A DNA stretch of 64,000 bases from Arenibaculum sp. (GTDB lineage Bacteria > Pseudomonadota > Alphaproteobacteria > Azospirillales > Azospirillaceae). Position numbers and translations under genes: made by a program. Location: positions 2,742 to 66,741 of the forward strand of contig NZ_DASYHS010000024.1 of the NCBI RefSeq assembly GCF_035998295.1. Reading direction: 5' to 3'. Positions 38,172-47,963 of the stretch are shown here, one piece after another. The first letter of the stretch is position 1, and each line of letters starts with the position of its first letter. Under the pieces are notes generated by a model that worked only from the letters and a program-made list of their open reading frames with translations, had not been told where the DNA came from and searched no databases.

Positions 38172-39431
38172 GTGGCGCAGCCTTCGGTAATCGTCGTCGG
38201 GGCCGGAATCGTCGGGATGTCGGCCGCGCTGGCGTTGCGCATGCGCGGCCTGCCGGTCACGGTGGTGGACCGCCAGGCGCCGGGCCATGGGACGTCCTTC
38301 GGCAATGCCGGCACCTTCGCGACCTACGAGGTGCAGCCGATCGCGACGCCCGGCATCCTGCGCAACGTCCCGCGCATGCTGCTCGACCCGTCGGGGCCGC
38401 TCGCGATCCGGTGGCAGTACCTGCCGAGGCTGCTGCCCTGGCTCGCCCGCTTCGTCGCAGCCTCGGCTCCCTCGACCGTCGAGCGCATCACGCGCGAGCT
38501 CGCCTCGCTGACCTCGCGCGCGGACGAGGGCTACCGCCCGCTGTTCGAGGTGGCCGGGGCGACGGACCTGATCCGGCGGGAGGGCGCGCTCTACGTCTAC
38601 ACCCGCACCGGCGCGCAGGACGTCCGGCGCCGGGCCGAGGAGTATCGCAGCCGCGGCGTGTGCGCGGTGCCGCTCGAGCGCGGGGAGCTTGAGGAACTCG
38701 AGCCCAACCTGTCGCCGGACTGCATCCGCGGGCTGCTCTACCCGGACGCCTTCCACACCGTGAGCCCGCTGGCGCTGACCGAGCGCTTCGTGCAGGCCTT
38801 CCTGGGCCTCGGCGGCACGATCGAGCAGGCGGAGGTCGCGGCGATCGACGCCGCGCCGGACGGCGAACGCGTCGTGCTGCGGGACGGGCGCGTCCTCACG
38901 GCCGAGCGCGTCGTCCTCGCGGCCGGCGTCTGGTCCCGGGCACTTGCCGCCGGGGCCGGCGCCCGCGTGCCGCTCGACACCGAGCGCGGCTACCATCTCG
39001 TCTTCCCCGGGGCCGGGAACCTGCTGCGGCGCCCGGTCTGCTGGTACGAGCGCGGCTTCTACGTGACGCCGATGGCGGACGGGCTCAGGGTCGCGGGCAC
39101 GGTCGAGCTGGGCGGGACCGAGGCGCCGGCGCGTGCGGTGCGCCTGCGCGCGCTGGAGCGCGGCGTGCGGGCACTGCTGCCGGTCCAGGGTGCGCCCGCG
39201 TCCGAGTGGATGGGCTTCCGCCCCTCGATGCCCGACAGCAAGCCGGTGATCGGGGCGATGCCCGGCCGGCCGTCGGTCATCCACGCCTTCGGCCACGGGC
39301 ATCTCGGCCTGACGCTCGCCGGGATCACCGGCCGGATCGTCGCCGACCTGGTGACCGGGGCGCCGCCGCCGCTCGACGTCGGCGCCTTCTCCCCGACCCG
39401 CTTCGCGCGGCGGGTCAGCGCTGCTGGGTGA
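38172..39431 (+). CDS. FAD-dependent oxidoreductase, D-amino-acid dehydrogenase-like (DAO family)
   Basis: GTG start after GGGAGGGGGAA. Dinucleotide motif SVIVVGAGIVGMSAALAL, then GTSFGNAG and a C-terminal HAFGHGHLGLTLAGITG. Size is 419 aa. Confidence 0.8.
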   Translation: MAQPSVIVVGAGIVGMSAALALRMRGLPVTVVDRQAPGHGTSFGNAGTFATYEVQPIATPGILRNVPRMLLDPSGPLAIRWQYLPRLLPWLARFVAASAPSTVERITRELASLTSRADEGYRPLFEVAGATDLIRREGALYVYTRTGAQDVRRRAEEYRSRGVCAVPLERGELEELEPNLSPDCIRGLLYPDAFHTVSPLALTERFVQAFLGLGGTIEQAEVAAIDAAPDGERVVLRDGRVLTAERVVLAAGVWSRALAAGAGARVPLDTERGYHLVFPGAGNLLRRPVCWYERGFYVTPMADGLRVAGTVELGGTEAPARAVRLRALERGVRALLPVQGAPASEWMGFRPSMPDSKPVIGAMPGRPSVIHAFGHGHLGLTLAGITGRIVADLVTGAPPPLDVGAFSPTRFARRVSAAG

Positions 39432-39648
39432 GCGGAGCCTGAACCGGGGCCTGCGCCGCGGACTGCACCGGGTCCTGCAGCGCGGACTGCTGCGCCGCCG
39501 GTGCCGCGCGATGCGCCTCCAGCCAGCCGGTTATGCCGCTGGCGACCAGGAGCACCACCGTGACGACGAAGAGGCCGTGGATGATGAGCGAGTCGGACGT
39601 GACATGCCGGGAAGGCGCTTCGGCCTTTCTTGCGGCCATCATGGTCAT
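39415..39648 (-). CDS. hypothetical small membrane protein (77 aa)
   Basis: One clear TM helix (LIIHGLFVVTVVLLVASGITGWL) and a Gln/Ala/Pro tail. The RBS is weak or distant. It overlaps the convergent oxidoreductase gene by 17 nt. Confidence 0.4.
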   Translation of the reverse strand: MTMMAARKAEAPSRHVTSDSLIIHGLFVVTVVLLVASGITGWLEAHRAAPAAQQSALQDPVQSAAQAPVQAPLTQQR

Positions 39649-39820
39649 GGTACCGGAAACTCCAGGGCGGGTATTTGCGGCTGATAGTAAAACTCTACGA
39701 CTGATTGCCTAAAGATGGGTTAACGACATGCAAAACTTTGCCGTCGCAAAGAAATGCCGCTGAACTTCCGAAAATTCGATTGAATTTGCAGGGATCTCGG
39801 CAGGCGCCCCGGACGCGGCC

Positions 39821-40234
39821 TCAGCCGTCCTCGTCCGCAGCCGGTTCCGCCTCCACCCGGACGGGCGCCGTCCCGTCCTCGGTCATGTCCAGCCGCTCGG
39901 CGGCCGCGCGCGACAGGTCGATGACGCGCCCTTCGACGAAGGGACCGCGGTCGTTGATCTTGACCTCGACCGACTGGCCGTTCTCCAGGTTGGTCACCTT
40001 GGCCGTCGTGTCGAGCGGCAGCGACGGATGGGCGGCCGTCAGCCGGTTCTGGCGCATCGGCTCGCCGCTCGCGGTCGGCCGGCCTTCGAACCCCGGCCCG
40101 TACCAGGAGGCGGTTCCGGTCTCGACATGGGGCTCTTCCTCCGCCTGCGCCGGGGAGGCGGCCAGGAGGGCGAAGGCGGCGAGAAGGGCGGCTTGGACGG
40201 GGGCTTGGATGGAGGGCGTGCGTTTGCGCGGCAT
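39821..40234 (-). CDS. rlpA: septal ring lytic transglycosylase RlpA family protein (DPBB domain)
   Basis: Signal peptide, then GTASWYGPGFEGRPTASGEPM...AAHPSLPLDTTAKVTNLENGQSVEVKINDRGPF. Confidence 0.85.
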   Translation of the reverse strand: MPRKRTPSIQAPVQAALLAAFALLAASPAQAEEEPHVETGTASWYGPGFEGRPTASGEPMRQNRLTAAHPSLPLDTTAKVTNLENGQSVEVKINDRGPFVEGRVIDLSRAAAERLDMTEDGTAPVRVEAEPAADEDG

Positions 40235-40247
40235 CGTCGTCGGGCTC

Positions 40248-43200
40248 CTAGTCGGTTTCGGCGACGGATGCCAACAATCCTCCCGCCACTTCGTCCCGCC
40301 GCGTCGGCGCCGTGCCGTCCCGCACCCGGGCGATCACCGCCCGCAGGTCGGTGGCCGTGAACGGCTTCTCCAGGACCGGGAGCGCCGCCCCGCTGAGGAA
40401 GCCCTTGACCGACACGCTGAGCGTGTCGCCGGTGATGAAGACGAAGCGGCCGGCGAGATCCGGCCATTTCGCCTCGACCCGGCGGTGCAGGTTCGGTCCG
40501 TCGAGCTCCGGCATGCGCAGGTCGCTGACGATCACGTCGTAGCGGCTGCCGGCCTCGATCCTTTCCAGCGCGTCCATGCCGTTCTCGGCGATGTCGATCC
40601 GGTGCCCGTCCGGCTCCAGCGCCTCGGCCAGCATCAGGGCGATCTCGGGCTCGTCGTCCACGATCATGATGCGCAGCGCCGCCGCCGCCGCCGCGCCGGT
40701 GGGGATGCTCGCCGGCACCGGGAGGGGCAGGGGCTGCGGCGCCTCGCGCGCGATCACCGGCAGGCGGACGACCAGCGTGGCGCCCCCGCCCGGCGTGTCC
40801 GCGACGGCGATGGTGCCGCCATGGGCATCGACGATGTTGTGGCAGATGCTGAGCCCGACCCCGGTGCCGATCCCGGCCGGCTTGGTGGTGAAGAAGGGCT
40901 CGAAGATCCGGTTGCGGATATCGGCCGGCACGCCGGGGCCGTTGTCCGCGACCTCGAGCACGGCGGTCGACGTCGCCGGCTCGTACCGGGTCGCGACGAG
41001 CAGCCTTCGCCCCGAGCGCCGTTCCGACAGCGCCTGGCGCGCGTTGACCACGAGGTTGGTGACGACCTGGTTCAACTGGTCGCCGTCGGCCCACAGGGTC
41101 GGCAGGTCCGTCGCCAGGTCGAGCGCGACCTCGACGCCGTCGGCCCGGAGCGCGTAGGCCACCAGTTCGAGCGAGGCGTCGACGATGTCGTTGAAGTTCA
41201 CGTCGGTACGCTCGGGCGGCCGCCGCCGCGCGAGCGCCAGGAAGGTCTTGACGATGCGCGCGCAACGGTCCGCGGCCTTGTGGATCTTGGTCGCGCGGTT
41301 CCTGGTCCGCTCGTCGGGCGCCATGTCCTCCATCAGCACGGACTGGCCGACCACGACCGACAGCGGGTTGTTCAGCTCGTGCGCGACGCCGGCGAGCAGG
41401 GAACCCAGGGCCGCCAGCTTCTCGGACTGGAGCAGGGCTTCGCGCTGGCGCGCGATCTCGCGTTCCGCCTCCTCCCGGAAGGTCAGGTCGTAGAGGCCGC
41501 TGACCGCCGCCGCATAGCCTTCGTACTCGATGATGCGGGCGGAGACGGCGGCGGGGAACGTCGTGCCGTCCCAGCGCCGCAGCGTGATCTCCATCATCTC
41601 GACGCCGCCGTTGGCGCGCAGCCGGTCGATGAAGCGGTGGCGCTGGTCTTGGTCCGGGTAGAAGTCGGCGGCGCGGCACTGCAGCAGGACGGGGAGCGGC
41701 GCGCCGAGCAGGTCCGCCGTGCGCGGGCTCGCATAGAGGATGCGGCTGCCGTCCAGCGTCGTGATCACGACCGGGACGGGATGCGCCTCGGTGATGCCGC
41801 GGAAGCGGGCCTCGCTCGCGCGCAGCGCCTCCTCCGAGCGTTTGCGCTCGGTGATGTCGCTGAACAGCGTCACCGTGCCGCCGCCGCGCATCGGGCGGCG
41901 CCACAGCTCGATCACCCGCCCGTCGGGCCGCACCTCCTCGCGGCGCATCTCGTCGCGCGCCCGGTACTGGGCGAGCTGCTCGGCCAGCAGCGCCTCGCGG
42001 TCGCTGCCCGGGAAGTCCCCCCGGTCGAGGCGCCGGCGCAGCAGCGTCTCGACCGGCGTCCCGGGCTGGGTGACCTCGCGCGGCAGGCCGTACATCTCCA
42101 GGAAACGGTCGTTGGCGAGGCGCAGGTTGAGGTCGGCGTCGACGACGCTGATGCCCTGGGCGATGCTGGAGAGCACCGTCTCGAGGAAGCGCGTCTTCTC
42201 GGCCAGTTCCCGCTGGCTCTCGTGCAAGGCCTCCTCCGCGCGCCGGCGCTCGGTGATGTCGCGCACGAAGGCCGAGAACACGGTGTCGCCGGCGCTCGTC
42301 ACCTCGATGATCGCGAGCTCCACCGGGAACACCGTGCCGTCGCGCCGCACCGCCTCGATCTCGAACCGCCGGCCGATCAGGCGCGGCCCGCCGCTGGAGC
42401 GGTAGCGGCGCATGCCCTCGCGGTGGCGTTCGCGCAGGTGGCGGGGAATGATGACGTCGGCGAGCGAGCGGCCGAGCACCTCGCCCCGCGAATAGCCGAA
42501 GGTCCGTTCGGCGGCTGGGTTGAACTCGATGATGCGCCCTTCGGCGTCGGACGAGATGATGCAGTCCAGCGAGGAGTTGAGGATCGCGGACTTCAGGTTC
42601 TCCGAGGTGCGCAGGGACGATTCCGCGCGCTTGGCCTCCGTGATGTCGCCGGTCGACCCGGCAAGCCGGACGACGCCGTTGCTGGCCCGGTCGCGCACCG
42701 CGGCGCCGGTCGTGCGCACCCAGCGCAGCACCCCGTCCGGGCAGATGATCCGGTAGTCGAGCGCGATCGTCCGCGACTGGCCGGCGAGGAAGGCGCGGAA
42801 CTCCGCGGCGACCCGTTCCGTGTCGCCGGGGTGCAGCAGGCCGGACCAGAAGGGCTGTTCCGAGGAGGTCGCGCGCGGCGGCGGGCCGAACAGCTCCGCC
42901 ATCCGGGGCGAGAAGTACAGCGTCCCGCGCGTCAGGTCCCAGTCGTAGAGGCCGGCGCTCGTCCCGTCGGCGGCGAGGGAGAACCGCTCGTTCGACAGCC
43001 GCAGCGCGCGCTCCTTCTCCTCCTGGCGGCTCTTGAACTGGCCGGCGATGCCGACCGCGAACACGATCGCGGACAGCCCGGCGCCGATGTGGAACAGGTT
43101 CGTGGTGACCGGCGTCGCCTCCAGCAGGCCCGCCTCGACCAGGCTGCCCAGCAGGGCGCCGGCCATCAGCGCCAGCAGCGCCGCCAGATAGACCACCGCG

Positions 43201-44183
43201 CCGTCGACGCGGGCCCGCAGCGCCCCGACCGCGGCGGCGAGGAACAGCGTCGCGACCAGGGCCGAGGCATAGGGCATCACCGCGGCGATCGCGCCGACGT
43301 CCACCGCCGCCAGCAGCGGCAGCGCGCCGAAGCCAACGGTCATCAGGCGCAGCACGAAGCCCAGTTCGGGCAGATGGTCCTCGACCTTGAGGAAGTCCCG
43401 GGTGAAGGAGATGCCGCAGACGATCGCGGCCAGGATCGCGACCTGCCCGGAATAGACGTTCCACCACGGGATGTCGGGCCATACCAGCTCGGCCAGGAAG
43501 CCGGTCTGGGAGCCGATGTACCAGGCGACCGACAGCTCGGTCAGGATCAGCCAGCCCTGGCTGCTCTCGCGCATCACCCGCCAGATGAAGAACAGGTAGA
43601 TGCAGACCGTGAGCAGGATGCCGAACAGCATCCCGAACAGGAGCTGCTCGATCCGGTCCGTCCGGTAGAGCGATTCCACCGACTGCAGCGCCAGCGGCAG
43701 GGCGATGGCGTCGCGGTTCTCGATCCGCACGTAGACCGGGACCTCGGGGCCGGGCGGCAGGACCACCGGGAAGACCCAGTAGCGGTGGTCGAGGCGCGAG
43801 GAGTTGCCGGCCGAGAGCAGGCCGCCATGGCTGCTGGTCCAGCCGCCGCCGGGGCGGGGAACGTAGACCGAGATGCGGTCGACGACCGCCTGGCGGTAGA
43901 CCAGGTACCAGGTCCGGGCGGGGCCGGTGACGTTGTCGAATTCAAGCCTGACCCACACCGCGGCGCCCTCGGGCCCGGGGCTGCGCGCCCCGGTGCCGGC
44001 CGGCTCGAAGCGCGAGGCCCAGGGCTCGCCGGTCACTTCGGACAGGTCGAGGCTCCCCGCCGGGTCGTCGAGCACCTGCAGGGCCCGGCCGAGCGGGTAG
44101 CTGTCCGCCTCGTGGTCGAGGACGACCGGATGGGCGAAGCCGCCGCCCGCCGGCAGGAGGGCGAGGACCGCCGCCACGATCAT
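40248..44183 (-). CDS. hybrid sensor histidine kinase (7TMR-DISMED2 + 7TMR-DISM, 4 PAS, HisKA, HATPase, receiver)
   Basis: Periplasmic N-domain (HPVVLDHEADSYPLGRALQVLDDPAG), 7 TM helices and four PAS units (e.g. CIISSDAEGRIIEFNPAAERTFGY). The H-box is GVAHELNNPLSVV, then DNGPGVP and GTGVGLSI. The receiver is IMIVDDEPEI...VSDLRMPELDG. GTG 44204 is an alternative start. Confidence 0.85.
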   Translation of the reverse strand: MIVAAVLALLPAGGGFAHPVVLDHEADSYPLGRALQVLDDPAGSLDLSEVTGEPWASRFEPAGTGARSPGPEGAAVWVRLEFDNVTGPARTWYLVYRQAVVDRISVYVPRPGGGWTSSHGGLLSAGNSSRLDHRYWVFPVVLPPGPEVPVYVRIENRDAIALPLALQSVESLYRTDRIEQLLFGMLFGILLTVCIYLFFIWRVMRESSQGWLILTELSVAWYIGSQTGFLAELVWPDIPWWNVYSGQVAILAAIVCGISFTRDFLKVEDHLPELGFVLRLMTVGFGALPLLAAVDVGAIAAVMPYASALVATLFLAAAVGALRARVDGAVVYLAALLALMAGALLGSLVEAGLLEATPVTTNLFHIGAGLSAIVFAVGIAGQFKSRQEEKERALRLSNERFSLAADGTSAGLYDWDLTRGTLYFSPRMAELFGPPPRATSSEQPFWSGLLHPGDTERVAAEFRAFLAGQSRTIALDYRIICPDGVLRWVRTTGAAVRDRASNGVVRLAGSTGDITEAKRAESSLRTSENLKSAILNSSLDCIISSDAEGRIIEFNPAAERTFGYSRGEVLGRSLADVIIPRHLRERHREGMRRYRSSGGPRLIGRRFEIEAVRRDGTVFPVELAIIEVTSAGDTVFSAFVRDITERRRAEEALHESQRELAEKTRFLETVLSSIAQGISVVDADLNLRLANDRFLEMYGLPREVTQPGTPVETLLRRRLDRGDFPGSDREALLAEQLAQYRARDEMRREEVRPDGRVIELWRRPMRGGGTVTLFSDITERKRSEEALRASEARFRGITEAHPVPVVITTLDGSRILYASPRTADLLGAPLPVLLQCRAADFYPDQDQRHRFIDRLRANGGVEMMEITLRRWDGTTFPAAVSARIIEYEGYAAAVSGLYDLTFREEAEREIARQREALLQSEKLAALGSLLAGVAHELNNPLSVVVGQSVLMEDMAPDERTRNRATKIHKAADRCARIVKTFLALARRRPPERTDVNFNDIVDASLELVAYALRADGVEVALDLATDLPTLWADGDQLNQVVTNLVVNARQALSERRSGRRLLVATRYEPATSTAVLEVADNGPGVPADIRNRIFEPFFTTKPAGIGTGVGLSICHNIVDAHGGTIAVADTPGGGATLVVRLPVIAREAPQPLPLPVPASIPTGAAAAAALRIMIVDDEPEIALMLAEALEPDGHRIDIAENGMDALERIEAGSRYDVIVSDLRMPELDGPNLHRRVEAKWPDLAGRFVFITGDTLSVSVKGFLSGAALPVLEKPFTATDLRAVIARVRDGTAPTRRDEVAGGLLASVAETD

Positions 44184-44348
44184 CGATCGAATGATTGCCG
44201 CCACGTTCCCATCCCGAACGGTTGCGGTGGTCTCGTATTGCCGCCGCGCAGTCCGACTTTGGCACAGGCCGCAATCGAAACGCGAGGGCAACGCTCGGGC
44301 GTCCCGGCTGTTTGCCGTTCCGTGGCAATCGTGATGCGGGAGGGTGGC

Positions 44349-44780
<432 letters not shown>

Positions 44781-44813
44781 TCGGAGGGACCGGCCGCCGC
44801 CCGCCCGTGCGGA

Positions 44814-44848
44814 GCCAGAGCGTTTCCGGATGAACCGGAAACGCTCTG
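44814..44848. repeat. REP-like palindromic element, copy 1
   Basis: CCAGAGCGTTTCCGG ATGAA CCGGAAACGCTCTGG, a perfect 15-bp stem. Confidence 0.85.
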
Positions 44849-44932
44849 GGATTTCGTGTTCCTCAAGCACCGGCGCCGCTCCGCGGCTCGGCTTGCGCCC
44901 CTGGCGGGGCGGGGGCGCGGTCGCGCCCCTTG

Positions 44933-44960
44933 GCGTTTCCGGATGAACCGGAAACGCTCT
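44933..44960. repeat. REP-like palindromic element, copy 2 (shorter stem)
   Basis: GCGTTTCCGG ATGAA CCGGAAACGC followed by TCT. Loop and core are identical to copy 1. It overlaps the TAG stop (44959-44961) of the ABC ATPase gene. Confidence 0.85.
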
Positions 44961-45747
44961 AGGTGCGGGCGGAGGCCCGGACCTCCTGCTCGATCAGCTT
45001 CCAGATCTCGTCGACCAGCCCGACGAATTGCGGAGCGCGCTTCAGGTCCAGGTCGCGCGGACGGGGCAGGGGGATGGGCAGCCGCCGGCGGACGGTGCCC
45101 GGCCGCGCGCTGAACACGATCACTTCGTCCGACAGGAAGACCGCCTCGTCGATCTGGTGGGTGATCAGGAGCACGGTCTTGCCGCTTTCCTGCCAGATGC
45201 GCAGCAGCTCCGTCTGCATGATCTCGCGCGTCTGCGCGTCGAGTGCCGCGAACGGCTCGTCGAGCAGCAGGATGTCGGGGTCGACGGCGAGGCCGCGGGC
45301 GACGTTCACGCGCTGGCGCATGCCTCCCGAAAGCTGGTGCGGGTAGTGGTTCTCGAAGCCGGCCAATCCCGCGAGTTCGATAAAGCGCCGTCCGGTCCGC
45401 GAGGCCTCCTTCCACTTCACGCCGGCGAGCGTCAGGCCGTAGGCGACGTTCTCGATGACGGTCTTCCAGGGCAGCAGCGAGTCGTTCTGGAAGACGACGG
45501 CGCGGTCCGGGCCGGGGCGGGTGACGACCTTGCCGTTGACGCAGACGGTGCCGCCGGTGGGAGGCAGGAGGCCGTCGATGATGCGCAGGAGCGTCGACTT
45601 GCCGCTGCCGCTGGCGCCCACGATCGAGATGAAGGCGCCGCGCGGGACCTTGATGTCGATGTCGCGCAGGGCGACGAGCTCCGCCTGCCCGGCACGCTTG
45701 AAGGTCTTGCTTACGCCCGCGACCTCCAGGATGTAGTCGGTCGTCAT
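44959..45747 (-). CDS. ABC transporter ATP-binding protein (NitT/TauT family)
   Basis: Walker A GASGSGKST, signature LSGGMRQR, Walker B LLLDEPF and the H-loop region ITHQIDEA. RBS is GGAGGAAGGA. The ATGA overlaps the permease stop. Confidence 0.9.
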   Translation of the reverse strand: MTTDYILEVAGVSKTFKRAGQAELVALRDIDIKVPRGAFISIVGASGSGKSTLLRIIDGLLPPTGGTVCVNGKVVTRPGPDRAVVFQNDSLLPWKTVIENVAYGLTLAGVKWKEASRTGRRFIELAGLAGFENHYPHQLSGGMRQRVNVARGLAVDPDILLLDEPFAALDAQTREIMQTELLRIWQESGKTVLLITHQIDEAVFLSDEVIVFSARPGTVRRRLPIPLPRPRDLDLKRAPQFVGLVDEIWKLIEQEVRASART

Positions 45748-46541
45748 TCCTTCCTCCAGGGCGCGAGCCGCTCTTCGACGGATTGGAAGACCATGGAGCC
45801 GAAGAGGCCCATGGCGCCGAGAACGATCACGTAGGCGAGCAGCGTCGCGGTGTCGAAGGTCTGCCCGGCCGCCATGACGGCGAAGCCGAAGCCCGCGAAG
45901 GAGCCGAAGAATTCGGCCACCACGATGCCGACCAGCGCCCGCGCCCAAGCCACGCGGACGCCGCTCACGATGAAGGGCAGGGCGTAGGGGAAGGTCACCG
46001 TCGTGAAGATCTGCCAGGATGTGGCGTTGAACGAGCGGGCCGCCTCGATCAGGTTCTTGTCGGCGGCGCGCAGGCCCGCCTCGGTCGTGACGACCACGGG
46101 AAAGACCGCGACCAGTAGCACCAGCACGAATTTCGACGAGAAGCCGAGCCCGAGCCAGGCGACGAACAGCGGCGCCAGCGCGATGATCGGGACGGAGTTG
46201 AGGGCGGACAGCAGCGGCCCGCCCATCAGGGAGAGGACGCGGCTCGAGGCCAGCGCCAAGCCGATCGCCACGCCGATCGCCACCGCCGCCGGAAACGACG
46301 TGCCCACCGCCGTGACCGTCGCGACGGCGTTGGTCCACATCGCGCCGGTCCTCACCTCCTCGAGGAAGGCCTCGGCGACGTCCAGCGGCGGCACCAGCAG
46401 CATGCGGTTGGTGACGAAGGTCGCCGTCAGCAATTGCCAGACCAGGAGGATGAAGGCGGTGGACAGGAGGACGCGGGACAGTCCCGCGCCCCGCGTGTCG
46501 CGATTGAGGTAGTCGTAGAACCGCTGCCACATGGCGCTCAC
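45744..46541 (-). CDS. ABC transporter permease (NitT/TauT family)
   Basis: 265 aa with 6 predicted TM helices and an EAA-like loop (LIEAARSFNATSWQIFTTVTFPYALPF). Confidence 0.85.
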   Translation of the reverse strand: MSAMWQRFYDYLNRDTRGAGLSRVLLSTAFILLVWQLLTATFVTNRMLLVPPLDVAEAFLEEVRTGAMWTNAVATVTAVGTSFPAAVAIGVAIGLALASSRVLSLMGGPLLSALNSVPIIALAPLFVAWLGLGFSSKFVLVLLVAVFPVVVTTEAGLRAADKNLIEAARSFNATSWQIFTTVTFPYALPFIVSGVRVAWARALVGIVVAEFFGSFAGFGFAVMAAGQTFDTATLLAYVIVLGAMGLFGSMVFQSVEERLAPWRKE

Positions 46542-46562
46542 CTTCCCGACCGGCCGGCCCGA

Positions 46563-47951
46563 TCAACCGGCATAGGCGGCGACGGCCTGGCGCCCGTAGC
46601 CCCGCTCGCCGACCACCTTGCCGTCCACGTAGACGGTCCTGCCGCGCACGATCGTGCGCATGACCTGGCCCTTGAGCCTGCGGCCGGCATAGGGGCTCCA
46701 CCCGCACAGGCTGAGGACGTCCTCGTTGCGGATTTCGAATTCCCGGTCGAGGTCGGCCAGGACCAGGTCGGCATGGCAGCCCGGCGCGATGCGCCCCTTC
46801 CCCTGGACGCCGAAGATCCGTGCCGGTCCGGTCGAGCACGCCTCGACCACGCGCGAGAGCGGGATCCGGCCCTCCGACGCGGCGTTCAGCAGCATGGAGA
46901 GATAGAACTGCGTGGACGGGGTTCCGGTATGGGCCTTCCAGCCGTCGGTCCAGCCGATCTCCTTCTCCTCCGCGAGATGCGGGGCGTGGTCGGTGGCCAC
47001 GATGTCGATCGTACCGTTGTTCAGGCCTTCCCACAGCCCGGGAACGTTCTTCTCGGGGACCCAGTAGGACAGCGCGTAGGAGCCGAGGCGCTGGATCGCG
47101 GACCAGTCGCATCCCAGGAACAGGGCCCATGGATTGATCTCGCAGGTCACCTTCTGCCCGCGCGCCTTCGCCTCGCGGATGAGCTGGACGCTGCCCGCGG
47201 TCTGGGTATGGAGGATGTGCAGATGGCATCCCGCGGCCTGCTGGAGCCGCAGCAGCGTCGCGATGGCGGTCTCCCAGATCATCCCGTCATGGGCCGCGTA
47301 GGCCTTGGCGTAGGCCAGCGCGTCCCGCTCGCCGCGGGCCCAGAACTCCTGCTCGATGATGTCCATCAGCGCCTGGTCGTGCGGATGCACCATCAGCGGG
47401 ACGTTGGCCTTGGCGCAGGCCTGCATGATCGCGAAGATCCTGCCGTGGTCATGCACGCCGATCCCCGGCATGTGCGGATAGTTGCGCCCGGTGTCGACGA
47501 CCATGAAGAACTTGAAGGCCGCGATGCCCTGCTGCGCCAGGGCCGGCACTTCCTCCAGGATCGTGGGCGCCGGATTGAAGTTCCAGTCCACGACCGCGTC
47601 GCGCTCGTAGATGGCGAACTGCTTGCGCAGGAGGTCGAGCGTGTTGGGCGGGGGGGTCACGTTGGGCATCGCGACGCTGGTCGTCACGCCGCCCGCCGCG
47701 CATTGCAGGGTGGAGGTGTGGATCGTGTCCTTGTACTCGAAGCCCGGCTGCGTGCCTTCGCGATGATGGGAATGCATGTCGATGGCGCCCGGCAGGACGG
47801 CCAGCCCCGACGCGTCGATGATCGTGCCGGCACCGGCGGGCTCGTCGCCCGGCTCGTAGATGGCCGCGATCAGCCCGTCCTCGATGCCGATGGAACCGCG
47901 GAACCGGCCCTCGGCGGTGACGATGGTGCCGTTCTTGATCAGCGTGTCCAA
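46563..47951 (-). CDS. cyclic amidohydrolase (dihydroorotase / hydantoinase / allantoinase superfamily)
   Basis: LPGAIDMHSHH (H-x-H), AAFKFF (candidate carboxylated Lys), MVHPHD, LHILH and ATDHAPH. Size is 462 aa. Confidence 0.85.
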   Translation of the reverse strand: MDTLIKNGTIVTAEGRFRGSIGIEDGLIAAIYEPGDEPAGAGTIIDASGLAVLPGAIDMHSHHREGTQPGFEYKDTIHTSTLQCAAGGVTTSVAMPNVTPPPNTLDLLRKQFAIYERDAVVDWNFNPAPTILEEVPALAQQGIAAFKFFMVVDTGRNYPHMPGIGVHDHGRIFAIMQACAKANVPLMVHPHDQALMDIIEQEFWARGERDALAYAKAYAAHDGMIWETAIATLLRLQQAAGCHLHILHTQTAGSVQLIREAKARGQKVTCEINPWALFLGCDWSAIQRLGSYALSYWVPEKNVPGLWEGLNNGTIDIVATDHAPHLAEEKEIGWTDGWKAHTGTPSTQFYLSMLLNAASEGRIPLSRVVEACSTGPARIFGVQGKGRIAPGCHADLVLADLDREFEIRNEDVLSLCGWSPYAGRRLKGQVMRTIVRGRTVYVDGKVVGERGYGRQAVAAYAG

Positions 47952-47963
47952 GACTGTAGCTCC

